Shown here: positions 24,823 through 38,879 of the stretch, in pieces | How positions within the stretch are numbered: the stretch's first letter is position 1 | Layout of the letters: the number at the start of each line of letters is the position of its first letter | Program-made: the position numbers and the translations under genes | Notes under the pieces: model-generated | Databases searched by the model: none | Told to the model about the DNA's origin: nothing | Seen by the model: the letters and a program-made list of their open reading frames with translations, nothing else | Source of the DNA: Rhizodiscina lignyota | Lineage: Eukaryota | Length of the DNA stretch: 64,000 nucleotides | Reading direction: 5' to 3' | Assembly: GCA_010015805.1 (NCBI GenBank) | Contig: ML978131.1 | Span: 434,001-498,000 of the forward strand

Positions 24823-27202
24823 CTATCCATCGTACATCCTTCCATCAACATCCATGTTCGAGTCTTTCCCATTCTCCTTGGCTTTTATCGCCTTGTTGCT
24901 CTCGACCACAACCTCCATCTCCTGTCCCGCAACATCGATGTCGATGTTAAGTTTCCCATCCTGCCCTTCGGCATCCTCAGCACTAGTAGTAGCACTACCA
25001 CTGGTACTGCTGGCATCGAGTCGACGTCTCAGCCTCTCGATCTCGATCTCTTTCTCTTTCATCGCAGCGTCTCGGTCCTCAGCCTGCTGCTGTAGCAGCT
25101 TGATATACACGATCGCGCTCTCGACGGTTGCGGCCTTGGAATTCCCAGCGTTTGCATTTCCGGCCGCGTTAGCAGCAGCCACGCCATTCGCCTTCTTCGG
25201 GCCACCGCTACTATCTGGGCTCTTCCCATCCATCGCACCAATGACAGGGCTCTTGGCTCCTCTCAATTCAGCCGGGAGCAAGCGCCCCATCTCCGCCAGC
25301 GCGACGTTGATTCTGTTTCTGCGGCCTTGCTCCGCAATCTTATGGCTCGTGCGCTTGCTCGTCAGGCCGGTCGACAAACTCTCTGGGTATTCCAACCCGG
25401 GCACGTTCACATTAGTGCCATCGACAAGATGCTGGTAGTTGCTCTTGCTGGCGAGAAGCAAATGTGCCGTTTGCTCTGAGATGGTCATCGGCGTCGGTGG
25501 TACCGATCCTGGGGTGGATGCTGGGCCTGAAGTAGGCTGGAGGGGCTTAATAGAAGGAGAAATCTTTGGACGTAAAGCAGGAGAAATGAGCGCGCTGCTA
25601 TTGCTAGGTGGAGGAGGTCTGCCTTCGGAAATGCTAGTGCTGTTTCGTTTCTTGCCGCGTCCGGATTTCGGCTCTGCAGTGCTGCCGCGTTTCTGGCCTG
25701 CGGCAGGGAAGCTTGGAGTCAACGGAGAAGCGATAGGCGTCGAAACTGCAGACGTATTGAGCGGACCGAGTTTCGGTGTAGGATGAGCGGATGCTCGAGG
25801 CGTGGCCGCCCCAGTCGATGATCTCGAAGAGACAGCAGCTTCAGGGAGTGTGAGGTCTTCAAGTGACGATCCATTGCGCCTGAGGCCTTCCTGGGCTGCT
25901 GCAGGAGGAGACATCAACATATTTTGGCCGTGGACTCCAGGTATCTTGCCATTCGCAATGCGCATCAGCGATGCTGGAGTCGCAGGAGCAACGCCGCGAC
26001 TATGATCGTACTGGGCTTGAATTGCAGGTGATTGGATCGCGGACCCAGGTTTTGGGGGTGGCCCCATCACAGCTTCCGAAAGCGGCTCTGGAGAGATGGA
26101 TCCGCCTTCCGAGTTGCTCTGGCTCTCTGGAACAGATAGTGCACCATGCTGCTGCGCATGTGCCTGCGCCTGCGCCTGTTGTCTCTGTGCCTGGTCTAGT
26201 AGGCTTGCTACCTCATTTGGTGAGATTGTTGCGGACATTGTACTTTTCCTTTTGTTCTCTCGCGCTTTCACAATCGGCGACTGTCGAGTTCGAGAGGAGG
26301 TAGAATCAGAAGTGCCTGGTCGCTTGCGGTTTGACTTGCGATTTGGAGTCGGTTGTGACATGGCAGATTCGCCAAGCATGTCTACATCAATTTCGATCGG
26401 GGATGTCGTATTCGAACTGTTCGACTGAGGCGCACTTGGGTGAAACTGAGGGGTATGATTGCCGGTGTGATTATGACCTTCGAGCGCAGGAGACGTGAGA
26501 GGGCTGAAATAAGCACCTGGAACGGTGGTGTAGTCTTGGGGCATTTGGAAACGAGCGTCATGAGGGGTTACGGCGGGGGATACAAGCGGCGTGAAATTCA
26601 TCTGTTCTTTATCAGCCTTGCAACCCAGATTCTCCAAGTTTGATGCATACCATATTCTCCTTTCGCATTTGATATTGTTGTTCGACCACAGCACGCGTCT
26701 GGGCATCCAGCTGGTGCATGTATCGAGCTGGATCGCTGTGCATCTGAACGCTATTCGGAGTCGGGGGCACGACGCCTCCCGGATGGAAATTTGGATTCTC
26801 TTGCACGAACATGGACCGTTTATCGGCTTGATGCTGCTGCATCTGGTCGAAGTGGCCGCCGGAATGCATGTTGTACATATTGTTGCCATTCTGGTCCACA
26901 CCGGCGAGAGCGAAATTGGGGTTGTTCTGGTCGTGTGAACGCGGGACATGCTGTCGCTGCTGTCGCAATTGCTGTTGGGTTTGGCCGTGTTGCATCAATT
27001 GCGGATCCACCATATCCTGCAGGGCATTCTGCTGCTGCTGCTCTTGCTCTGCAGCGCTGACGGCATTGTTGAAGATGGGGAACTCCTGATCGAGATTCAG
27101 ATCGAGAAAGTTTCCAAAATCGGCATCGTCAGTGACGCCAGGCAAGAGGTCGAACTGCTCGCCCGGCTGGTGCGCCCACTGCTGCTCCTGCGGAGTGTCC
27201 AT
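24823..27202 (-). CDS. nuc-1: bHLH phosphate-acquisition regulator, Pho4/NUC-1/PalcA type
   Basis: SKRTSHKIAEQGRRNRINVAL..SKAATVESAIVYIKLLQ bHLH with a long loop; FTPLVSPAVTP and YFSPLTSPAL motifs; intron 26602-26650; ATG 27202 (MDTPQ..). Confidence 0.9.
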
Positions 27203-28531
27203 GGTGTTGGGACGTCGGTCAGGCCGGGCCCAAGGCTCGCTGGTAACGTCGACCCGGTATCGAAGGGTCGTCTGAGGTCCGCCGCGGCCTCGCGCAGCCG
27301 GTTGGCGGAGAGGTGGTGGAGCGTGAGAAAAGAAGAAAGTGCACAGGTCTGCGAAGACGCTACACAAACTAGTGCGGGGACTACTCGGAGCTGGGCGCGC
27401 TCAGTAGCGAACGCATCGAGGGCCGGACGCGGTCATGAGCCCGACGCTCTTCAGTCGAGGAAGAGCGGTGTTGCTGATGGAGGCAGCGCGACGTACAAGA
27501 ACGGGTGTTCTTTCTGCTGATGGATCGAGCTGGTCAGTCGCGCCTTCTTGAGATGAGAGGTAGTGTGGGAACGACTCGAACGACGCCCCACGCTAAATGA
27601 ATCAATCGGAAGGCGCTGACCGAACGGCTTTGCGCGCGCGCGCTGCAGTTCAGCAGGCGATATATATTCACGAAAGTGGTATCAGAACGTTCTCCTTGCC
27701 TTCGCGAACATTTCGAGTGGCGTCACAGGGCGTTGGTTGCGCTGCCATGGCGAACAAAACCCACTCGCCGCACAACGTTGTTTCTACAATCCTCTGCGCA
27801 TTGGAGTGGGGGTCATTGCATGGCCCTTCCCTTCTCATTATACTGTCTGCGACTTAGACAGTTAGACTGCGAGTCGGCTTGCGCTCACCACCTGCCATTT
27901 TTGTCCATACAAATACACATAACCGCGCGATAGTCTCGCGATACTCGATCTGCCTTCCACAAGAAGCTGCAGTTATACGTAGTGACGAGGACTGGTAATT
28001 GTAGAATAGCCCGGGAATAACGCGCACCTGCGCTATTACCCCATAAGTAGAAAATCTATGTCCAATAATGTGGAGCCCAGCCTCTCCCCTAAACTCCAAG
28101 GACTCGTGGCCGGCAGCGCTAGCACCGACATTATAGCCATCCATTCAACAGATCTGCGCCGTGCATTACAACCCTGTCCAATTTGCATCGCTTGAACCTC
28201 TTTTGCATGCCAGTATAAATAGTTCAGCACGGCAATAGGCAGAATTCATGAAGCCTTTAGAATTTTCACACTACATAGAGAGGTATCACAGCTCAGCGTC
28301 CTGCTAAGTCAACTTCGACTCTTCATCTCCGGGAGCATAATCCCTTGCTGGCAAGGGTGTCTCGCGCTACTGCTTATTGCGCCGCTATGGCTAGTCCGCC
28401 GCCCCCTTCGAAATTACGCCTCCGGTATCGAAGTTCTTGGTCATACAAACATGCCTCGAGAATTGGAAAAGCCTAGAATCTCGCGCTTCCACAACGCCAG
28501 ATGCCGTTCGAAAGATGCAAATTACACAGAA

Positions 28532-28914
28532 TTACATTACGACGCAGCATCCGCCAGATTGTTGCGGCGCATACGGGTCGTCGCGCTTGTCAACCTAAGG
28601 AGAAGTTACGAAGTGCCGAGAAATGGAATGTTGATGTGCACTCACTGTTCCCCAGCGCGATGGGATCATGAAGTCCTTTGGCTCCTTCTCCGTGAAATTG
28701 ATCAGGCTGTAATTACCGTAAGCATCTGAGCAAAATGGCATCTCCGAAAGACAAACTCATTGGCAGCCTCGGAGACTGGAATCCGTCTCCTATCCAGATC
28801 CTCCTTAAGCCTCAGGTTAAGCTCATTTAACCTTCGCAGCTTGAGCTCCGCCATGCTCTGCTTCTTGCTCTTGCCATCTCCACCAGCCCTCAACTCGTAT
28901 GGTGTGGACATCAT
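28532..28914 (-). CDS. gpgA: Heterotrimeric G-protein gamma subunit
   Basis: KKQSMAELKLRRLNELNLRLKEDLDRRRIPVSEAA / LINFTEKEPKDFMIPSRWGT / VDKRDDPYAPQQSGGCCVVM* over two introns; CCAAX prenylation end. Confidence 0.95.
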
Positions 28915-29776
28915 CTTGCCGAAAGTGCAGATCAGTTGGGCCGCAAGGTCGAAAAGGGTTCGTGAAGGCCGAAGTTGCTTGAACCTGCTAAAAGTGTGAG
29001 AATTCGTGCATTAAACGCGCAATCATGCCTTCGCACCTTGTGAACTGCACGCAGACAAGTAATAGAGGTTGTTGTCGGACGGAGCGGTGGATAGGGTTTC
29101 GCGACGAGCACACGGCTGGTCAGGGACACGCTCTGTCGGGCCGCTACGCGAGCAGACAGCAGGCTGCCGAAATGATCGATGCGTCCAGAGACAGGCGCTT
29201 CGACAGACACGCGACGACGGAGTCAAGGTGAGGGTGAGAAGCGACGGAGCGATGGAGTTTGGTCGTGTGGAGTTGCGGTGCGGTCTGTGATGAGGTCCGT
29301 GACTCTCGCTATTGGCAAGCAACACCGGCCTAGCCTAGATCGGGAAGGGTCAATATGCAACTTTCAAACGTGCTTCACGCGCAGGAGAGAAGATCCGCGC
29401 GAAACGGCAGAGAAGCATTTGGCATTGGGAGACTTGTGTCTGGAGGAGTGCTATATCCACCTGCAACGGTCGGGCAGCAATATGCCTCTCCGCAATCGTA
29501 CGATCAACGGTGTTGCACAAAGCCCTGAGAGGCGCCGCAATTTCCCGTGACCTCGGGGCGGACGGTCTCTCAGTTTTTCCACGCCGGTCGGCCCAATCCG
29601 CGCGCACACGCCAAGCCTCAGACTTACGAGAGAGCAACCGCTGCACGGTTGAATCACTCTTTCGACTTACGAAACCCACTCTTCACGACACACGGCATCG
29701 GCGCCATCAAAGAGATTCGAGCCTGCTCTTGAGTGCTTCTCTACCTAGACAACGCTCAACAGCAGGGCTGCCCAAC

Positions 29777-32700
29777 ATGCCTCCCCCACCGCACAGTCGG
29801 CCGGAGAATGTGCTCAAGGTACGCCCAACCGGTCTTTGTGCGCAGTGACGCGAGGATCAGACAGGCCTCCGATCACCTGCTATACTGATTGATGGAGAGT
29901 TTCAGGCTGACCTGTTATAGCGAGCACAAGAACTTATTGGAGTCGAACAGCAGCAAGCTGCTTTGTCGCTCCTCCACGAACATGTCATCTCCAAGCGAAC
30001 TCGCAACAGCCCGATCGCCTCGCTCGAGCCGGTGATGATCCTCTTTGTTGAACTCTGCGTCGACCTTAGAAGAGGCAAACTTGCGAAAGACGGGCTGTAC
30101 CAGTACAAGAACACTGCGCAGAACACAAATGTTGGCACGATAGAGGTATGATACCATGGAATATGGAGAACTCAGGGATTTTAGCTAACTGAGTTTGATA
30201 CAGCTTGTCTTCAAGAGGTTTATCGAACTTGCCGAACAGAAAGTCACTGAGGCCCAGACGAAAGCCGACGAAGTCCAGTCTACCCTCGAGTCCACGACCT
30301 CTACCGCAAATGTTGATGATCTCGAGGCTTCTGAGACTCCTGAATCAATCCTCCTTTCGACCGTGTCTGGAGAACAGTCGCGTGACAGAACCGACCGAGC
30401 TATCGTTACACCATGGCTGAAGTTCCTTTGGGAGACGTACCGCACAGTACTCGATATCTTCAAAAACAATGCTCGCTTGGAAGTTATGTATCAGACGACC
30501 GCCCACCAAGCCTTCCAGTTCTGTTCGAAATATGCCCGCAAGACAGAGTTCCGTCGCCTTTGCGAACTCCTGCGCAACCACTTGCAGAATGCTGCGAAGT
30601 TCTCGGCGCAGATGCACGCCATCAATCTTAGCGATCCTGATACTCTTCAGCGACACCTCGATACTCGCTTCCAGCAGCTGAATGTCGCAGTTGAATTAGA
30701 GCTGTGGCAAGAAGCATTCCGAAGCGTCGAAGATATCCACACCCTCCTCAACCTTAGCAAACGACCAGCGAAGAACATAATGATGGCCAACTATTTTGAG
30801 AAGCTCACACGTATTTTCCTCGTGAGCGAGAACTACCTCTTCCACGCCGCCGCCTGGAGCAGATACTATAACCTCATGCGCCAGTCTGCAGCAGCAGTTG
30901 CGTCTGGCCAGAGCCCAAAGAAGGATAATCCGGCAGTGACAGAGGCGGAAATGACCAAGGCTGCCTCCTTTGTGCTTCTCTCTGCACTTTCGATCCCGGT
31001 CATCAGCACTTCTCGCTCCCGAGGTGCCCTTGTCGATGTTGATGAGGCAAAGAAGAACAAGAACGTGCGCCTGACGAATCTACTTGGCATGTCCCAGGCA
31101 CCAACGCGCGCGATCTTGTTCAAAGATGCACTCAGCAAGGGTCTGTTGAAGAGGTGCCGACCTGAGATTCGCGATCTCTACGACATTCTCGAGGTCGACT
31201 TCCATCCTCTGTCCATCTGCAAGAAGATTTCTCCCATTCTCACTAAAATCGGAGCGGATCCGGAAATGGAGAAATACGTCTTGCCTCTTCAGCAAGTCAT
31301 CCTCACTCGTCTCTTCCAGCAACTGTCTCAGGTATACGAGTCAGTTGAGCTTAAGTTTGTTCTCGACCTGGCCCAGTTCCCCGATCCATTCCAGGTTACC
31401 AGCAGCACGATTGAGAAATTCATCATGAATGGATGCAAGAAGGGCGACCTCGCCATCCGCATCGATCATTCCACTGGAGTCTTGACCTTCGATTCTGATG
31501 TCTTCTCCTCTGCCCGAGCTCTCCACCCCGGCTCTGGAGCCGGTTCAGCCGAGGCAGAGACTTCATCTGTCCAGCGTCTCCAAAGCACTCCTGCAGAGAT
31601 CGTTCGGTCACAACTTACAAGACTGGCCAAGTCTCTGTACATCACCTGTCAATATGTCGATCCAACGTTCAACGAGGAGCGTCTCAAGGCTAAGGAGGCA
31701 GCCCTTGCTCGCGCTAAAGATGGCGCTGAGCAAGAGCATATGGACACACTGGCAAGACGACAGATCATCGAACATAAGAAGCAAGCTGCATCGGATGCGA
31801 CTGCCAAGAGGGAACGCGACATGGCCACTGAAAAACGCATGCGTGCTCAGCAGCAACAGGCTGCGGAAGCCAAGCGTCTCGCAGACGAGCAACGCGCCCG
31901 CGACCTGAAGAGAATCGAAGCCGAGAAAGCTAGGATAGCAGAGGAAGAGGCCGCGAGGGCGCTGGAAGAGCTCAAGCGCGGGACGAAGGGCATCGATCTC
32001 GAGGAGATCGATGTCGCTGGCCTCGATACTGGTGCCATCAGAGCGATCAAGATCCGTGCACTTGAGAAGGAGAAGAGCAAGCTCAGCGACACCCTGCGGA
32101 TAACGGCGAGGCGGGTCGACCATCTTGAGCGCGCGTTTAGGCGCGAGGAGGTGAAACACCTTGAAGAAGATTATCAAGAACAGACAAGGCGCGACAGGGA
32201 AGCCCACGAGAAAGCCGAGGCAGAGAAGCAGCAGGAGGCAGAGATAAAGCATAAGGAGGACGTGGCGCTCAAGCACAGGCTGAGCAGACTGGTGGGTCCG
32301 TACGAGCAGTTCAAAGAGATGATCACCAGTCAGCGACACACCGATTTCGACAAGAAGAAGAGGGCCGCGGATAGAGAGCTGAAACAGAAGATTGAGGCGC
32401 GAAAGAAGGAGGTGCAGGAGAGAAAGCTTAAGGAGCAGAAGCAGAGGGAAGAAGAGGAGAAGAGAGAGAGAGAAGAACAAGATAGACTCATTAAGGAAGA
32501 GGAGGAGAAGGCTAGGAAGGAAGAAGAGAATAGACAGAAGTTGGCTGAGAGGAAGCAGAAGCAGGAGGAAGAGAGGAGGTTTGTAGCCATCCCCAAACTC
32601 TATGCCCTTGATACTAATGCCTCGAATAGGAAGCTCGATGAAATCGCTGCTAAACAACGCGAGCGTGAGGAGGAAGCTGAACGCAAGCTTGCTGAGAAGA

Positions 32701-33257
32701 AAGCTGGTCGTGGCGGTCCCCGAATCCCAGAACGCTCTGCTGCTCCAGTAGAAGCTGCCCGTCCTGGCTCCTCTAGCGGCGCTGCTGAAGAACGTCCTTC
32801 CGGAGCACCTCCACGTCTCGCCCTTGCTGGACGCACTGGGCCGTCATGGCGTGAGAGGGAAGCTGCCAAGCAGACTGGTCCTGCACCTGCCGCTGCTGCT
32901 GCTGCTGCTGCTCCTGCTGCTGATAGTGAGCCCGCCGACGGTGAGCGCGAGCCGCCCAAGCGAGGAGTTTTCGTCCCGCCTGCTATGCGTAGTGAAGGCG
33001 GTGGACGCGCTGGAGGATGGCGCGAGCGCGAGAACAGCGGAAGGGGACGCGATGGCCCACCGCCTCCGGCGGGTGGCAAGTTCGTGCCTCCGCATCTGAG
33101 GAACCGGGATGGTGATCACGTGAGGGATGCTAGTCCCGCGAGTAGCACCGATGGAGGCCCAGGTCTTCCCATGGAGAGGGGTGGAAGTCAGAGCGGCGCA
33201 GCTGGGGCCCCTGGAAGGTACGTCCCGGGTGCGTTCAGACGGGGTCGAGGGGCCTAG
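29777..33257 (+). CDS. tif32: Translation initiation factor eIF3 subunit A
   Basis: [37 protein letters not shown] region and charged coiled coil. Introns 29819-29920, 30145-30202, 32579-32629. Confidence 0.96.
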
Positions 33258-33862
33258 TAGGAGGGCGAGATGGACCTTCGAAGGAGTGTTTTGATAGATT
33301 GAATTTCTTTGCTAGTTTTTGGGCTCTCTGTAGATTAGCAGAGGGCCGTCGTGTCCTGGCGTTTTAGCTTGACCTTTGGTACTCAGGTAGTCCTTCGGTA
33401 GTCAAAGGAATAGCAAGGCCGGTTCCACAACCCGAGCTGTTGAGGTGCACTGTATCTTTGAGTAATAGATGGCGCGTTGACTGGAGTGGTTTGTACTACA
33501 TATTGTGACCATTTACGTCTTTGCTATTATTGAGGACAAACTGACCGCACCGATGTCCCAACTTGGCTTAATGATACGACGAGAAAATGTCAAGTCTACG
33601 CGACCCTCCCTCAAAGAACACCTGGTACCAATGCTTGCAAGATTGTTGCACGACGCTAGGTGTTGATTTTGAAGCCTTGTGAATCGAATCCATATGAAGA
33701 GCAACAACATAAATCTGCAACAGCGAGGGACATGCGAGCTTCTGACAGCAGCGTGTGCTCTAACGCTACCCCGGTGGTAGTCTGGCATTAAGTAGGCGGT
33801 GTGCAAATAGCTGTACCCTAGGCCGTACTCCCTCTTCTACCTCTATGTAAGAGGGTTCTACG

Positions 33863-36800
33863 TTAGTTAGTAGCTCTAATCTCCCCTCGCTCTTCGGCAT
33901 CCGTCGGATCAGCAGCATGCGGACGACGCTGTGATAAGACAGATGATCTACTTGATCGGGCATCCTTTTCCCCATCTACGGCGTCCATTGGCTTCCTCTG
34001 TACTCCTGCGGCTTTTGTCGCCGGTGTGGTCGTGGTTGCTGCGGTCGCCGTGTTTGTCTTCGGTGTCTTCGTGGATATTTGTGTCGTCGTTGTTGGTTCT
34101 TTCTCAAGCTCCATCTCCGACCTGCTCATATCCTCAGATCCGTGCGAAAGTTGCTCCGCCCATGCGGTAAGGGCATCTTTATTGCGTAAACAGATCCATA
34201 CAAGTAGCACCGTTAGTAGGATGGTAATGATTTCGGAAGCGCCTTTTACTATGTCAGCCACCGTCTATTGCATCCTTTCCAATGGAGCGAGATACTAACC
34301 AAATGTCACGAAGATATACCATGATGGATATACGGCATCATCACCCGTGCCCTTCTTGTGCTTCACCAGCTCATCTATGTTGAGTGCGAAGAGCGCCGTC
34401 ATGAAGGCAAGCGGAGCGAATAAGATAGTGATGACGGTGAAACCGATGACTGCGATGGCGAGGAGCAGACTTGTCTTCGCGTCTCGGATGCTAGCTCGTG
34501 CATCGCGTATGCTGGCAAATGTGCGCTTCAGATTCAAGCGATCTTGGACGGTCTTGTCTACACGCTCAGCATCCTTGTCAATCTTGCTCACTCGCTCCCG
34601 GTATCCCTTGATCTCATCTCGAGCGGCTTGCAAGTTGGTCAGAGCAATAGCCGTATCATCCCTCGACAAAGTCAGGTCACTCTGTTTCCTAAAATGATTG
34701 TCTAGCTCCGCGTCCTGTAGACCCAAAAGCTGGCCTTCCTGTTTCTTGAGACTGTCCAGCTCCGCGTCCTGTTGACCCAAAAACTGGCCTCCCTGTTTCA
34801 TGAAACTGTCCAGCACCGCGTCCTGTTGACGCAAAACATCGTCCATCATCGCCAGTTCATCACGAATATCGGCGATGTCGTTCACAAGATCTTTCTCCTT
34901 CACTATGGCATCTCCGGCCAAGCTGTCGTCCTTCATGTAATCGTCCACGGTCGAAAGAACACGAACAACTCCGAGTTCGAAGATATCAAGCGGAGATTGG
35001 TACGGCCCGATCGCTTGTATCCGACCGAAGCGCCTGATCTGATCGATTAGCAAAGCAGCAATGTGGGCTACTGGAGAACCAATCTTCAGCTCTGCGAGGT
35101 TGGGGAGAGTTCCGATATTTTTTTCTATCCATTCGCGTCGTTTGCGTTCATTTGGCACAGATTCGTCGGGTGCATAATCTTTTGGGCGGCTGGGAAGCTT
35201 TCCCGGAGGCGAATACGATGAGATCACCAAATCCTTCAAACCCCATATCCAAAACTGCGGTACCATGAGAATTGCTCTTGTGGCGTCAGATATGTTGGCA
35301 CCGTTTATAGTCTCTTTGCACTCGCGCGTGACCACTTGATGCATGTTCCGGGTATTGAGTACTTTGCGAGTAAGAGATGGATAATATGTCTCATCTAGTG
35401 TTCGTGCCATCTGGAAGTATTTGCCGATATTTGACCATCCCACTGCATTTCGAAGGTCTCTGAGCTCGGCTCTCGACTTCTCAAAATTGCTCATGTCTTG
35501 TATCACAAGACATGGAAACTGTACCAATCAGAATTGACTACTTTGACAACTGCTTGAACTTACTACGACTGATATTAGGGTTGGATCCAGATTTGCATCC
35601 AGCTCCATAGAGCCATAGCATGATGGCACTCTGTAAGTGAGATGAGGATCTCCAGGCACTGTTGGCGAGTTGCTGAAGCTCTTGAGGAATCCCTCAAGGA
35701 TGGCTTCCTGATCTTGCAGTAGATCTGCCAGTGAAATTTCCTGTCCGTGTTTTTCTAGTGTATGTTGGGAAATTATGTTCTTCAGGACAGCCTAGATGAT
35801 GTCAGACCAGATCATGATAACACTCGCAACCTTACGTAGATTAAGGGTCCCTAGACTGCTGTCAGTTGACTGTTTGGATGCCGATCGCTTGACCTACATT
35901 TGTCCATGGGATGTGAACCCATGCTAGAATATCGACAGGAACAGGGTCTGTACTTCCAACAAAGGTCTTAAATGGCATGATCTTCGGCATAATCTTTGGC
36001 GTGGCTCGGTTTACAAATTTGTCAAATTCAGAGATATACAGCGGAAGGTCCAAAGATGATGGAATACTAGCGTATAATGTGCACATGAGAAGACATGCGT
36101 CATGATCACCAGCCTGGCCAAGATCCCAAACAGAACCGCCAGTCTTGTCCAGTATGGCTGGATCAGCACCATGCTCGGCGCAGAATTGGGCAACGCTTGG
36201 ATTGTTACGCTGTACGGCATAATGTAGTGCTGTCTTTCCATCTAAGTCTTGGTGGTTTAGCTCGGTACGAAAGACCTTCTCGTCGGTCAGCTTGCCAGCG
36301 ATGTACTTGAGTGTCATGTGTTCGGAGCCAAGGTCGTGAGCGGCAGCATACATAACCGGAGTTCTGCCTAGCATGTCTCGCGATAGTAACGAGGCACCGC
36401 ATTCTTCGGCCAGATACTTTAATATCTGCAAGTTCCTAGTAGCGATAGCTCTACGAGCGATACGATCAACGTCGATCTGCAAGACGGTTCTGCAGTTGTC
36501 CATCACGGTCCGCAATTTCTGGAGAGCTTTAGACGCATATTCCCCATCAAGCTTGTACTCTGGTATGATACCAGGGATTTGTAGGACTATATGCCACACG
36601 CATTAGTTACGTAGCTAATTCGACCGCCACTTTTCGTATGCGCTCACTTTGATGCCGTATGGCTGCTAACGAAGCAGTTGGATCTGCTTGAAGCGCCTGC
36701 GAGCTCCCGAGCTTGTCAGGAAGAGCCGGCGCTTTGGCCGCCGAAGATGGCGGGCGCGTCGTAGCCGTCACTGGGAAGTCGAGGAAGTTCTCGAACCATG

Positions 36801-36891
36801 GGTCAAAGTCGTCGCCTGATGGAGCGCATTTTGAATAAGGCAGAATGGCGTTGAAGGCGTCGAATGTTGGATCTGCTTCGTAGTGCGCCAT
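33863..36891 (-). CDS. Ankyrin-repeat protein with a C-terminal CorA/ZntB-like two-TM domain
   Basis: Ankyrin repeats (GRTPVMYAA, DGKTALHYAVQRNN), WVHIPWTN, LMVPQFWIW, helical stalk, then FTVITILFAPLAFMTALFALN and a second TM after intron 34243-34299. Multi-exon; 5' exon structure uncertain. Confidence 0.75.
34700..34836 (-). repeat. Coding 54-nt tandem repeat (about 2.5 copies of 18 aa)
   Basis: QQDAVLDSFMKQGGQFLG / QQDAELDSLKKQEGQLLG / LQDAELD; DNA repeat ccgcgtcctgtWgacccaaaa. Confidence 0.85.
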
Positions 36892-38879
36892 CAGAAACGG
36901 TGAAATTCATAGGGTTGACACAACTAAACAAGAGAACACGACGACGAGAGCATATGGCCCTTTTGATCAGGCTGCCCCACATTTCGCGCTGCGTGTTATT
37001 GTGATAGCACATCGAGTTCATTGCAGTACGCCACATGCACCTTTGCTTTGTCAGATCAGGCTGGCCCCAATTTCGCGCTGCGTGTTCTTGTGGTGCCACG
37101 TCGAGCTCATTTCATGAAGACTTCACAGTCTTGATTGCGCATCTACCTCGATCTTTGTCCAGTCATCTTCGCCGATCTATCAGACCCGGCCCTGACACAA
37201 GGTGGTTCTGGCTAACGGCAGCCTTCCTTTGATCAAGGATAGAACGACGTACCATACGGTTTGGTGAAGCTACTGCTACTGCCAAGGGTTGTTTGTCCAG
37301 TGCTGTTTGCTCGCGTAAATGCGTCTATGTTTGATAGTGGTTTGGTGAATTTATAGTCAATAGATACTTTCTTGGTAGCTTGAAATGTAGTTAAGGGTTA
37401 ATATTCAGAACTCACTACATTCTGCTCCAATAATGCTAATGAACCTTTGGTCAGTATGAAGCTCACGCATAGACATCGTAAAGACTGAAAAGAGAGACTG
37501 CTACTAGCTAGAATTGAGTGAAGGGAAGGTATATTGCCGGGACTACGGTCCAAAACTAAGCCACTAAATGCTCTGTGGTCCGAAAATGGGACCGGTCAGG
37601 CTCAGAACTTCCGCACCCCTGCCGCGGAGGTGCTTAGGCCCAATTTCAAGCCCTCTTCACGCTGCTCAGGGGTAAAATCAGGCGCTAGCTCATGGCGAGC
37701 TCAGTAGCTACTGCTCAGAGTAACTCACGTCTCAGACAGAAATGGACTTTGTGTGAGGTCACTTTGTCGTATGTCTCTCGCTATACATTACCTAATTTCT
37801 GAAGACGAAAATCGAGGCACAGGGGTAGAGCCGCTAGTTGAGTTATGGTGCGCTACGAACTACGGTGGACTGCAACTGAACATTGCGCTCTTCCCCTCCC
37901 TGCTTTTCGCCTTTTCATGAAGTGTCCCAAAGCTTCGTCTTAACGCCGAATAAGATTCAATGCTGCTTGCGATTGACAGGCACGCCTATTCCTGCTGTCG
38001 GTAAAGCCTTAATCTCACCAAAGGCTCCCAATTAATGCCGTTTTGCAACCTTTCGGGCAATTATCCAATGTACCAGACCACGCGTCGGCCATCGCGCTCC
38101 GCGTTTCAAAAGGACCGGAGCTTCTCGCATCCTCACCACACGCTCTCGTTTCATTCACCCTTGGTCAAGGAGATACTGTCGCAGCACGAACCGCACCAGT
38201 GCATAAAAAGTAAATCGATCGAGCTCGCTTTCCAAAAGCTTGTCTTTCCCCACAAATTGGTTGGACGGCTTCTGAGCGATTGTTTCCGAGGTGCTGAAGG
38301 TGCCCGTTTCAGCACAGTGTTGCTGAAGGCAATCGCACCGGAGATCGCTTAAACTGATACATTGGCAGCTTCTGGCTGGATAGATGGCGCTTGAGTACCT
38401 GTGAAAGCCAATTATCTTACCATTGCAAAGGGAACAGCGCGTGCCGGGTGAGTGTCAAGGCTCAATTAGGTACCTGTTTGATCGCTTTCTCTTCCTGTCC
38501 TCTTCCTCCGCACTCGTCTGCTATTGCCATATTGCTCTCGTCTGGACTCATACCCAGGTAGACAAAACATTTTGAGACTGCCGCATGTAGCCCCTTACTT
38601 GCTCACTGCCCCCCTTCATTCTCTTATATGCTCATTGTCTTTCGGCCGCGAGCTATCTCTTAGTCTTCATCTTGGCTTACGAATGCGCTTGCGTGGTAGA
38701 CCCACGACTGCTTGTGTCCTGCCCATCTCTTTTCTTGGAGCGTTGAGCAAGTTTGCGTTCAATCTTAGATCCTCTGCGTGAGCTGGTTTAGACAAGTCTT
38801 TCAACTTGCTACACTCTTCTTGTCTCCGTTATCCTCCCTCTCCTACACTTACCTGCCGGGGTACGGCACAGCTTTGATA

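Noticed and set aside
32579..32629. Odd [16 protein letters not shown] peptide within the eIF3a coiled coil
   Set aside because: It is a 51-nt stop-free intron (GTTTGT..ACTAAT..TAG) read through by the ORF finder.
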